From: a virus
Lineage: Duplodnaviria; Caudoviricetes
Length of the DNA stretch: 46,895 bases
Direction: 5' to 3' (one strand)
IMG/VR virus record: IMGVR_UViG_3300043707_000079
Coordinates: 1-46,895 of that record
Position numbers and translations under genes: made by a program. Positions 17,316 through 24,871 of this stretch are shown here, piece by piece (within the stretch, counting starts at the first letter, position 1; every line of letters starts with the position of its first letter). The notes under the pieces are model-generated. The model searched no databases. It was given only the letters and a program-made list of their open reading frames with translations, and was not told the DNA's origin.

Positions 17316-18050
17316 TTGAAACTGCTAAATAGAAAGAACCTGCTCGCAACCAAGTTTACCGCGCAAGAAGAGTCGCGCTACACCATAAACGGAATCCTGA
17401 TAACCGAGAACGAGACGGTAGGGACGGACGGACATATTCTTGCCCGCGTCTCATTGCCAACCGACGTTTACGTCCAAGACTTTCCCACTATTGAAGGATT
17501 CACCCCTAATGGGTTCAAGAGTGCCGTCTTGCCGTCCAAGACTGCTCAGGAGCTTGAGAAGGCTATTCCCAAGAGTAAATACCAACCGATTCTCAACCAT
17601 GCGGCGGTTACCGAGCACGACGGGAAACTCCAATTGGCGGTTACCGACTTGGAATCGCCCCGTGTTATCACTGCGCGCCCCGTGGAAGGCACGTTCCCCA
17701 ATTGGCAAGCGGTATTTGAACCGCCTACTCAGGAAGTTAACTACAAGATGGTCGACAAGCTAAAGGTAGAGACGGCCGAGCTCGAAGCCAATTTGCATCA
17801 GCGCGTTCCCGTTCCTGTTTCTACCGACATCACATTGTCGGCTGAGCTCTTGAAACGCCTAGCAGATGCGGTTTCCAAGTTTTCCGATAAAGACTCCTCG
17901 CCTGTTCGCTTGCGGTTCTATGGAGCAGATCATGCGGTTCGGTTCGACGCAGTGAACTCCGACGGCCAAGAGCTCAATGGACTGCTCATGCCTATGCGAA
18001 CCGAGCTAAATGGCAAGAGCGTCAAGCCTGTTCCTACATTCAAGCCTTAG
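17316..18050 (+). CDS. DNA polymerase III beta-clamp-like protein (two domains)
   Basis: SRYTINGI, VGTDGHILA, EGTFPNWQAV and LLMPMR match DnaN domains 2-3. Confidence 0.8.
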   Translation: MKLLNRKNLLATKFTAQEESRYTINGILITENETVGTDGHILARVSLPTDVYVQDFPTIEGFTPNGFKSAVLPSKTAQELEKAIPKSKYQPILNHAAVTEHDGKLQLAVTDLESPRVITARPVEGTFPNWQAVFEPPTQEVNYKMVDKLKVETAELEANLHQRVPVPVSTDITLSAELLKRLADAVSKFSDKDSSPVRLRFYGADHAVRFDAVNSDGQELNGLLMPMRTELNGKSVKPVPTFKP

Positions 18051-18112
18051 CTCTGCTCGAGCCCCGTCTTTACGGGGCTCTTTGGAAAGCTAAGCGCATA
18101 CCTGCGCAGGAG
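18046..18112 (+). repeat. Intergenic module 3 (type A)
   Basis: TAGCTCT-GCTC-GAGCCCCGT...ACGGGGCTC-TTTGG-AAAGCTA; GCGCA-TACC-TGCGC-AGGAG. Confidence 0.85.
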
Positions 18113-18120
18113 AGAACAGA

Positions 18121-18444
18121 ATGCAAGTATCAGATGCGGAATTGAGACTGGGATTGATTCGGGAGTTCGGTAACCTGAGAGATGCGAGACACTATGCCGA
18201 GCGTATAGCGCGCGCGAACGGACCACTGTGCTTTCAGTATGCGAGAGTCGCCGGCGAATTGCGCGCTGAAGATGGCGATTGGATTCCCGCTTGCAATCAG
18301 ACCGAAACTCCGTTCTATACCCGTACGGGGCGCCGTCTGCTCTATTGCTGGCAGCCGGCTACAGGTAAGCACGCCTATATGGATCTGTCAACCGATATGA
18401 TCCTTACCGACGAAGAAGCACGCCTGGCAATGCAGACATGGTAA
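18121..18444 (+). CDS. Early hypothetical protein
   Basis: 107 aa, AGGAG RBS. Confidence 0.75.
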   Translation: MQVSDAELRLGLIREFGNLRDARHYAERIARANGPLCFQYARVAGELRAEDGDWIPACNQTETPFYTRTGRRLLYCWQPATGKHAYMDLSTDMILTDEEARLAMQTW

Positions 18445-18506
18445 GAGCTCTGCTCGAGCGCAGGGGAAACCTGCGCTCCATGGAAAGCTACTACCAGTAG
18501 CAGGAG
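18445..18506 (+). repeat. Intergenic module 4 (type A)
   Basis: GAGCTCT-GCTC-GAGCGCAGG...CCTGCGCTC-CATGG-AAAGCTA; GCTACT-ACC-AGTAGC-AGGAG. Confidence 0.85.
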
Positions 18507-18515
18507 AAAACTAAA

Positions 18516-18854
18516 ATGCCTTATGGTATGAAAAGACGTTTCTACAGCACAAAACCGACGCCCCGGAACATACAGGTCAAATACGCAGGCACGTGCCTGA
18601 GTTGCGGAGCTCGGATAGAAGCCGGCGATTTTGCCACGTACTACCCGCCGAACTATTTCCCGTACGGCATGATTAAAGACGCCGACAAGGGACACCTTAA
18701 GCACATAGAGAATGCGGCCGGTGATTCCCTGCGCTGCTACGCCGAGCTCAAGAAACGCCATGCCGAGCAGGAACAGAAGGCCGTTAACGACTATGCCGGC
18801 GACGGCCTCGACTCACGTTATGAAGACAACTGTTCCGATATTTGCGGACGCTAG
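18516..18854 (+). CDS. Early Cys-containing hypothetical protein
   Basis: KYAGTCLSCG...EDNCSDICG; AGGAG RBS. Confidence 0.75.
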   Translation: MPYGMKRRFYSTKPTPRNIQVKYAGTCLSCGARIEAGDFATYYPPNYFPYGMIKDADKGHLKHIENAAGDSLRCYAELKKRHAEQEQKAVNDYAGDGLDSRYEDNCSDICGR

Positions 18855-18933
18855 AGCGTAAACCATAAGCCGCTCGAGAGTTCCCCGAGCGGCTTACGTG
18901 TACGTTCCACAAAATCTCTCACCAGAGAAGGAG
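18854..18933 (+). repeat. Intergenic module 5 (type B)
   Basis: GAGCGTAAACCA-TAAGCCGCTCG...CGAGCGGCTTA-CGTGTACGTTC; TCTCT-CACC-AGAGA-AGGAG. Confidence 0.8.
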
Positions 18934-18941
18934 CTCCACCC

Positions 18942-19151
18942 ATGGTTTGCGAACATTGCGGAAAAGATCAGCCCGTCCACCAGTTTTACGATAAAGCCGG
19001 CTTTTTAGTTGCTGCCGAGCTCGTTACTACCAACTCCGCCCGGAGTTGGACTAAGCGCGTCTGCTTTGTGTGCTGGCACCAGTTTCAGGAACGCTCGTTT
19101 GCAGTCATCAAGCGAATCGGCAACACATTTCAGGCGATATCAGCTTTTTAA
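18942..19151 (+). CDS. Early zinc-finger protein
   Basis: CEHC...CFVC; AGGAG RBS. Confidence 0.65.
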   Translation: MVCEHCGKDQPVHQFYDKAGFLVAAELVTTNSARSWTKRVCFVCWHQFQERSFAVIKRIGNTFQAISAF

Positions 19152-19171
19152 ATTCTCTCGAGCCCGCCCGG

Positions 19172-19251
19172 AACTGTAAACCTATCGACCCGCCCGGATT
19201 CGTCCGCCCGGGGTCGATACGTGTGCAGTTAACTTCTTACCGAAAGAGGAG
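19172..19251 (+). repeat. Intergenic module 6 (type B)
   Basis: AACTGTAAACC-TATCGACCC...GGGTCGATA-CGTGTGCAGTT; TTC-TTACC-GAA then AGAGGAG. Confidence 0.8.
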
Positions 19252-19259
19252 AATTGAAA

Positions 19260-19610
19260 ATGCCGATCGAAATTAAGCGCGACTTTGCCCCTGCCGACCG
19301 CTACCTTTACGATTTTCGCGTCTTGACGTACGCCAAAGGATGGGCGCAGGTAGACACTACTCAGGACGCGAGCTATTACGGGACATGGACGAATCCCGAG
19401 GAGCGCAAAATCTTCAACTATGCCGAAGGAGATTTGACGCTTACGACGTGCGGAACAGACGACGAATACCGCCAGGCGCTCGCCGAGCTCGTCGAGTGGA
19501 ATAAAAAATACGGGTGGTGGAAGGGTATCGACCCGGGTCTCTCGCCTGAGTTCCGCGCGAAGTTCGTCAGGCTCGGGCTCGCCGGCTTCCTGCATCCTGA
19601 GTCGCGCTGA
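19260..19610 (+). CDS. Early hypothetical protein
   Basis: GWAQVDTTQDASYYGTW; start moved to ATG 19260 by RBS spacing. Confidence 0.75.
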   Translation: MPIEIKRDFAPADRYLYDFRVLTYAKGWAQVDTTQDASYYGTWTNPEERKIFNYAEGDLTLTTCGTDDEYRQALAELVEWNKKYGWWKGIDPGLSPEFRAKFVRLGLAGFLHPESR

Positions 19611-19680
19611 CCGTAGACTTCAGCCCGCCCGGAGTCGCGCGGGCTGATGCGTACGGTTCAAAACTTTACCCAAAGAGGAG
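19608..19680 (+). repeat. Intergenic module 7 (type B)
   Basis: ACCGTAGACT-TCAGCCCGC...GCGGGCTGA-TGCGTACGGT; CTTT-ACCC-AAAG-AGGAG. Confidence 0.8.
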
Positions 19681-19688
19681 AAATGTCT

Positions 19689-20012
19689 ATGCAATATACA
19701 AATCCGCGTCTTGAAGCCACCATTGAGAACTGGCCGAGCGGCCGCAATACGGTTACCGCCCAGTTCTCTGTCGAAACCCACCCGAAGCGCGGCCAGCGCG
19801 GCGTACGGGTCACCACTGGCAAGCCTAAAACCCTGACCTTTGCCCGCCAGGTGCGCATCGTCGACGGCGACGACGGGCGAATCTATTTCGCCGAGCTCGG
19901 CCGCTTCTCTACGAACATTTCCATTATGCGCGGGACCATGGATTACCAGCAGGAATATATCGCTCCGGATGACCCGAGACACGCGGACCTTCTGCGCATC
20001 TTCTCTTTATGA
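19689..20012 (+). CDS. Early hypothetical protein
   Basis: MQYTNPRL start, 8 nt after AGGAG. Confidence 0.75.
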   Translation: MQYTNPRLEATIENWPSGRNTVTAQFSVETHPKRGQRGVRVTTGKPKTLTFARQVRIVDGDDGRIYFAELGRFSTNISIMRGTMDYQQEYIAPDDPRHADLLRIFSL

Positions 20013-20041
20013 TTCATGCGCAGGATGGTAAACTCTAGCAC

Positions 20042-20116
20042 GAGCTCCAGTCCCGCCCGGATGCCATACGGGCGGGCGCAGGCGCTCAAGCCTGGCAAGC
20101 AAACCAATTGCAGGAG
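20042..20116 (+). repeat. Intergenic module 8 (type C)
   Basis: GAGCTCCAG..CCCGCCCG...CGGGCGGG..GCAGGCGCTC; GCAA-ACCAA-TTGC-AGGAG. Confidence 0.7.
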
Positions 20117-20125
20117 AAAACTAGT

Positions 20126-20431
20126 ATGACGTTATCTGACCGTGAAATCATCCGGATCTGTGTGCGTAATCCTCTGAACCAGTACAACGAGTATCAGGCT
20201 AAAGTAGACGCCTTTGTCCGTTGCGCGCTGACCGCCATGGGCGCGCCCGAGCATTTGAATCTCGATCAGGCAATCGAAGCCGCCCGGAAACAGGCTACAG
20301 GGCTCATGGACTCGGCCGAGATGGCGGAAGCCGAGCGCCACTTGCGCGGCCCGCATGAGTTCGATTGTCCGCTCGCGAATGCCTTTAACCCGGAACCTGA
20401 TGACAGGTGCAGCTGCCTGCCCCGGGACTAG
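20126..20431 (+). CDS. Early hypothetical protein
   Basis: ATG 20126 after AGGAG. Confidence 0.7.
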   Translation: MTLSDREIIRICVRNPLNQYNEYQAKVDAFVRCALTAMGAPEHLNLDQAIEAARKQATGLMDSAEMAEAERHLRGPHEFDCPLANAFNPEPDDRCSCLPRD

Positions 20432-20512
20432 TGAGCTTCTGAGATTGCCGCCCGGAACTCGTGCGGCAACAGCAGGCGCTCACACGCCCGCAAGTAAATA
20501 CCATTACAGGAG
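20431..20512 (+). repeat. Intergenic module 9 (type C)
   Basis: GTGAGCTTCTG..TTGCCGC...GCGGCAA..GCAGGCGCTCAC; GTAA-ATACCA-TTAC-AGGAG. Confidence 0.7.
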
Positions 20513-20521
20513 AAAAACCAG

Positions 20522-20776
20522 GTGACAACCGAAGCCACAAAATCACGCAAGCAGCAGCTGATGGAAAAAATTGAGGACGCACACGATATGCAGCAGCAGG
20601 GGCAAGCCTGGCAGTGGGAAGCGTGCGGCGTGCATATCACCGAACGCTGCGACATTTGCGGATTGACGCACGAGAAATACCGCAACGGCCAGAATAGCCC
20701 GGATTCCGATACTTGGCGCGACTCGAAAGGAAACGATCTGACGCTTGCCGAAGCCGCCCGGAAGGACTGCGATTGA
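20522..20776 (+). CDS. Early Cys/His hypothetical protein
   Basis: 84 aa, CDICG, AGGAG RBS. Confidence 0.7.
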   Translation: MTTEATKSRKQQLMEKIEDAHDMQQQGQAWQWEACGVHITERCDICGLTHEKYRNGQNSPDSDTWRDSKGNDLTLAEAARKDCD

Positions 20777-20878
20777 TTTCAGAGCAGGCCGACTACCGGC
20801 CTTCTGAACGCGCGGGGTTGGTACCCCCGCCCGGGGCGCGGCGAACGGCGCCCCAATACTCTTTGCCGCGAGGACAAC

Positions 20879-21049
20879 ATGCAAATCACCGTGGAATTGT
20901 CGGACGATAAGAACAAGCTCAAGTCGCCCCAGTACAACCAGCTGCGCTTGGCGATGGGCTCATGGATTCACGAGTTTCTGTCTGATCGCGGCATTGTGAG
21001 CTCGGTAGCCTTTGACGATCCTCTGGGCTTGAAAGTCAAAATCCAGTGA
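20879..21049 (+). CDS. 56 aa hypothetical protein (not in ORF track)
   Basis: GAGGA RBS; MQITVELSDDKNKLKSPQYNQLRLAMGSW. Confidence 0.6.
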   Translation: MQITVELSDDKNKLKSPQYNQLRLAMGSWIHEFLSDRGIVSSVAFDDPLGLKVKIQ

Positions 21050-21252
21050 CCGCGAAGAACAAAGCCGCCCGGGAACTCGCCCGCCTGCGCTGGAAGGATT
21101 CGACGCCCGAGGAGCGCAGCGCCCAGGTGCCCCGCAACGGCGGCCGGCCGCGCAAGTATCCGGTCGTGTGTTCCCGCTATCACGCCCACCGGTTCAGCCC
21201 CTACACGGGCCGCTGTCCCTGTGGCTATGTTCGACCACTACCCGGAGGGTAG
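21046..21252 (+). CDS. Small basic protein (TPEERS / GGRPRK, C-terminal Cys/His)
   Basis: GTGA coupling; AT-hook-like GGRPRK. Confidence 0.6.
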   Translation: MTAKNKAARELARLRWKDSTPEERSAQVPRNGGRPRKYPVVCSRYHAHRFSPYTGRCPCGYVRPLPGG

Positions 21253-22233
21253 CTGCGCGTCCTGACGCAACGTAGAGGGGTGCGCGGGGCATTCTGTGGG
21301 CTTATAGCAATGCGCAATCCAGCGGGCAAGCGCCAGGGGTATTTTCGCGATCTCGGCGGAAGCCGCCTTGCGCCTCGGGCTCCCGGATGCGGTATAGGAA
21401 AGCCGCCCGGAAAGATTCTCGTATCCATCCGACCGCTTGAAGTCGTTGAACCACGCCCGGTATTGCCCTTTCTGAATCAAGCCTACATCTTCCCGAATGA
21501 ATCGAGGCCGCCCGGGACCATCAAGCCTTGCGTGTGTGTTGCCGTTCGATTTCATCGAACGGCAACTGAACGGCATCAGCGCCGGCACATCGCCCCAGAG
21601 ATAATAGCTGCCGTAGTGCCACTTCGCGCGGCCGACCCACTTCTGGGCGCCGACGACGTTTTCAACGATAAGCGGAATATACCGCCCGGAGCTCTCGATA
21701 GCTTCGCGCTGAATGCGGAAGCAGGCGTCAAAGAGTTCATTTGACGGCGCCGGAAGGCTCCTCGCCCGCTTCCACGGCATATGGCGATACGAGTACTCCT
21801 GGCAGGGCGGTGAGGCAACGATTACAGCCGCCTCCTGAAACTCGGAACCGCGGAGCCTGCGCACGTCCTGAATCACCAGACACCCGGGATAGGCGCCGCT
21901 CCCGTAATCGTGACGGGTAATGTCGTATCCGACACATTGGTAACCCTCGGCGAGGAAGCCGTCGCTCCAGCCTCCGAGACCACAGTAGAGGTCAATGCAG
22001 AGCGGCTTACTGCCCGGAATTATCACGGCAGCGTTCCGTTTGAATACCGGGATCGCCTCTTTGACGCCGGTTAGTTTCCATCCAACAAATCCGCTCCACA
22101 GAGGCGACTTGGTGTAGTCCCTGAACTTTCGGTACAAACTTGTGAGGTCAGAAGCCTCAATGAAGGTGTGCCCTGCATGTTGGACTCCGGTGCCCCGCTT
22201 GAACATCGTGTAATCCACCTGCCAGGATTTCAC
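21238..22233 (-). CDS. DNA (cytosine-5) methyltransferase
   Basis: Motif I DLYCGLGG, motif IV SPPCQ, motif VI VENV; start moved to GTG 22233 overlapping the upstream TGA. Confidence 0.85.
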   Translation of the reverse strand: MKSWQVDYTMFKRGTGVQHAGHTFIEASDLTSLYRKFRDYTKSPLWSGFVGWKLTGVKEAIPVFKRNAAVIIPGSKPLCIDLYCGLGGWSDGFLAEGYQCVGYDITRHDYGSGAYPGCLVIQDVRRLRGSEFQEAAVIVASPPCQEYSYRHMPWKRARSLPAPSNELFDACFRIQREAIESSGRYIPLIVENVVGAQKWVGRAKWHYGSYYLWGDVPALMPFSCRSMKSNGNTHARLDGPGRPRFIREDVGLIQKGQYRAWFNDFKRSDGYENLSGRLSYTASGSPRRKAASAEIAKIPLALARWIAHCYKPTECPAHPSTLRQDAQLPSG

Positions 22234-23087
22234 GGCAGCGTCCCCCTGAACACCGGCTGCGGCGTCCCGCCCGCCCGTTTCTGGTCGAATATGTTGTCGG
22301 TCCCGATAACGTACACTCCGCTCTGAAGGTGCCACTCCTGCCAGCGGATCAGGCCGAGCTGGAAGCCGTACCAGTTCACCTCCTTGACGGTCAGCCCCGG
22401 ATTCCAGAAGTAGGACTGCACGAGCACCGGCACCGTTCCCAGGTCGCCGCAAGCGAGGTTGTAGGGTCCCTCGATGCGGCACTGCACCGCTCCAAGCGAC
22501 TGAGTACTGCCAACCTGCGCACCGCCGAGCCAGGTCTCGTAGCTCGAGTCCGCGGTCGTAAGCGTCGGGAAGGGCGCCACATCCACGTAGCGCGGGCTCC
22601 AGGCAACCCCGCCTTTTGAATCCGGCCACGAGTTCGAGACGAAAATCTTGTAACTGGACGGGTCGGTCCAACCGCTCGGGCCTTCGGTCACCACCTGAAA
22701 AATGTACTGGTCGTTGTACCAGTTGATGTCCCACGGATAACCGCTCGGATTTTTTATGTACCAGAGCCAGCCGCCCGTCGCGGTTATCGGCTGCTGCAAG
22801 ATGAATTGCGGATTAACCCCGGCCTGCTTCGAGGCGTAATGGTAATTACGGCTGAAGCCTGAAGGCGGAACCATGTACTGCAATACATCGACTAATCCCT
22901 GTGCCACGCCACTGCCTCCTGTGCCGCCGACGCCTCCGGTGCCGCTCGTTCCGCCGTCAGCGGGATTCGGGCCTGCGCCCGTTCCGGTGCCGGTGCCTCC
23001 GCCAGCCGGCGGAGGGGGCGCCGAGGAGCCCATCGGGGGCGGCACTTGAGATGCGCCCCTGCATCCGCCCGAGCCTCTTACCGCCAT
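22230..23087 (-). CDS. Hypothetical protein, Gly/Pro-rich N-terminus and aromatic beta-rich domain
   Basis: ATG 23087 overlaps the upstream TGA; 285 aa. Confidence 0.65.
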   Translation of the reverse strand: MAVRGSGGCRGASQVPPPMGSSAPPPPAGGGTGTGTGAGPNPADGGTSGTGGVGGTGGSGVAQGLVDVLQYMVPPSGFSRNYHYASKQAGVNPQFILQQPITATGGWLWYIKNPSGYPWDINWYNDQYIFQVVTEGPSGWTDPSSYKIFVSNSWPDSKGGVAWSPRYVDVAPFPTLTTADSSYETWLGGAQVGSTQSLGAVQCRIEGPYNLACGDLGTVPVLVQSYFWNPGLTVKEVNWYGFQLGLIRWQEWHLQSGVYVIGTDNIFDQKRAGGTPQPVFRGTLP

Positions 23088-23488
23088 CACTGCACGTCCT
23101 TTGGCGCCGGCAATGCCTTCGGCTGAAGCAGTCCGGTGAGCGCCAGATATTCCTTGTGCCTGGTTTCCATGTGCCGCGCAAGCTGCGAGACCGTACGGCT
23201 GCAACACGGGCAGACACCGGCCGCAGTGCGCTTCTTCAGTCGCTTTAACTCCTTGCTGGTCTTGTCGTACTTCCGGTCGGCCGCGAGATACTTCTCGTGG
23301 AAGCTTACCGCCTTCGCGTTGGCTTCCTGCATGAGGCGCTTGTATATGTCCGCCTCAGTCTCTGCCCGGAAAACATTTCCGTGACCGTTCGGGCACCAGA
23401 AGTCGCGATGGTCAGCCTTCCGCATCTCGGTCCAGTGGTCGGGAACGCTGAAGGCAATTCCGCAATTCGCGCACACGAGGTTACTCAT
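23087..23488 (-). CDS. Double zinc-finger / coiled-coil protein
   Basis: CANC..CPNGH and CPCC...H...H. Confidence 0.75.
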   Translation of the reverse strand: MSNLVCANCGIAFSVPDHWTEMRKADHRDFWCPNGHGNVFRAETEADIYKRLMQEANAKAVSFHEKYLAADRKYDKTSKELKRLKKRTAAGVCPCCSRTVSQLARHMETRHKEYLALTGLLQPKALPAPKDVQ

Positions 23489-23781
23489 ACCCAGCCCTTT
23501 ACATCATCCACCGAGCGCGCCACGATGTAGCGGTCGCCGCGCTCCCTGCATTCCTCGGCGAACATCTTCTGGACGGCCGACTGCCGGCCGGTTTCGTTCT
23601 TGCACTCAATCCACACCGAGCCCTCGCGCGGCACCAGGATGTCGGCGGCGCCTGGTCCAAGCGAATGCGACTTGAAAGCCCGCCCCTCGAAAAAGAACTT
23701 GCCCGTGCCAAGCTGGAACGCAAAGACATGCTTCGCGGCACAGTAGTCGAGGATCTGGCGCACTATGAGCGACTCTTTCAC
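23485..23781 (-). CDS. VRR-NUC domain nuclease (Holliday junction resolvase-like)
   Basis: GAADIL...WIECK...GRQSAVQ...VARSVDD. Confidence 0.88.
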   Translation of the reverse strand: MKESLIVRQILDYCAAKHVFAFQLGTGKFFFEGRAFKSHSLGPGAADILVPREGSVWIECKNETGRQSAVQKMFAEECRERGDRYIVARSVDDVKGWV

Positions 23782-24239
23782 TTGAAATACTCCGCATATG
23801 CGACGCCGCTAGGCGAGGTGTCGAGTATCTTGTAAGCTGTTTTGCCTGTGATCCCCTGCTTTCTGAGCTTCAGCAGCTCACCCGCTTTCGGATGCGGCTT
23901 CATGTCCATGGTCAGCCTGGCCGCCGGCTGCTTCAGCTCTTCGCGATGCTCGTCTATCCAGTGCTGCTGCGCGGTCAGCTCCTCGGGAAGACCGCGCTCG
24001 CGCTTAACGTCCGCCCAGTCAACGTGCTTCTGATGCTCCTTCGTCAGCCAGACTTTCACGGCGCCAGCCATATCCCGCTTGTAACTCTCACGGCATGAGC
24101 ACTTGCGCCAGCGCCCGAATTTCGTCGCCGGCGGCCGCCAGCCATTAATGCAGCCGTTGACCCCACAGCCGATTAGCGGCGGACGCTCGCTCTTTTCGCC
24201 TTTAGGCGAATCAGGTTCCGGTGGCTCTTGCGTAGCCAT
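23778..24239 (-). CDS. Cys-containing protein downstream of the initiator
   Basis: CGVNGCINGW...KCSC; no ATPase motifs. Confidence 0.6.
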   Translation of the reverse strand: MATQEPPEPDSPKGEKSERPPLIGCGVNGCINGWRPPATKFGRWRKCSCRESYKRDMAGAVKVWLTKEHQKHVDWADVKRERGLPEELTAQQHWIDEHREELKQPAARLTMDMKPHPKAGELLKLRKQGITGKTAYKILDTSPSGVAYAEYFK

Positions 24240-24855
24240 TTTTCTCCCAACTGAGCACCGCCCAGTGCCAGTTCCGCATGGAATAGCCCGGCGCTCGACC
24301 GACTTTCCAGCCGTTATTCACATAGAAGGCGAAAAACGCCTGTGGATCAATGTTGCTTTGTCTGTGTCTGCAATACTCTGTAACTTCTTGAAGAGTAGGA
24401 GGTTTAAATTCTTCTTCTTCTTCTGTATTTGTATTTGATTTATTAGATACATATACAGAGTTAGTACATTTGCGTTTCATTTGCGTTACATCACCCGTTA
24501 CATCACCGCCCCGGTACTTTCTTACCCGCTCTTTGGTGCGCTGACGTTCCCGTTCGTCCGCCATCATACGGCGGTTAGAGATAGCCCCTCGCTGGTTGCG
24601 ACACGCTACCCCTTTCGCCAACAATTGACGGATGGCGCCAAGATTCGCGGAAATGTCGCCTCCGATTGCCCCGGCGATAACTTCATCAGGCCACGGCGAA
24701 CCATCAGCATCTGCTAACACGCCACGATCAGGAGCCAGGAACATCAGACAGAGAAGGTCTATCCAGACACCCTTCTCTTCTTTGGAACAGCTCACAAGAG
24801 GCACATCGGTGAGCCAGTCTTTCGGATAAAACGAAAACCACGGCAGCTTGCTCAC
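24211..24855 (-). CDS. Phage replication initiator (DUF1376/YdaU-like N-terminus)
   Basis: LPWFSFYPKDWL...GVWIDLLC; C-terminal FKPPTLQEV...FFAFY..NGW. Confidence 0.8.
   Translation of the reverse strand: MSKLPWFSFYPKDWLTDVPLVSCSKEEKGVWIDLLCLMFLAPDRGVLADADGSPWPDEVIAGAIGGDISANLGAIRQLLAKGVACRNQRGAISNRRMMADERERQRTKERVRKYRGGDVTGDVTQMKRKCTNSVYVSNKSNTNTEEEEEFKPPTLQEVTEYCRHRQSNIDPQAFFAFYVNNGWKVGRAPGYSMRNWHWAVLSWEKNGYARATGT
24403..24507. other. Candidate replication origin within the initiator gene
   Basis: AT-rich tract next to tandem CGTTACATCACC (24484, 24496) and TTTGCGTTWCA repeats. Confidence 0.45.
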
Positions 24856-24871
24856 TACTCACCTCGTACGG

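Noticed and set aside
16670-20520. Classical integron attC array or Rho-independent terminators
   Set aside because: No RYYYAAC/GTTRRRY boxes, the recombinase is not recognisably IntI, and the hairpins lack U-tracts.
22234-22734. N-terminal 167 aa of the 498 aa methyltransferase ORF
   Set aside because: It overlaps the upstream gene in another frame; a GTGA-coupled start at 22233 is more plausible.
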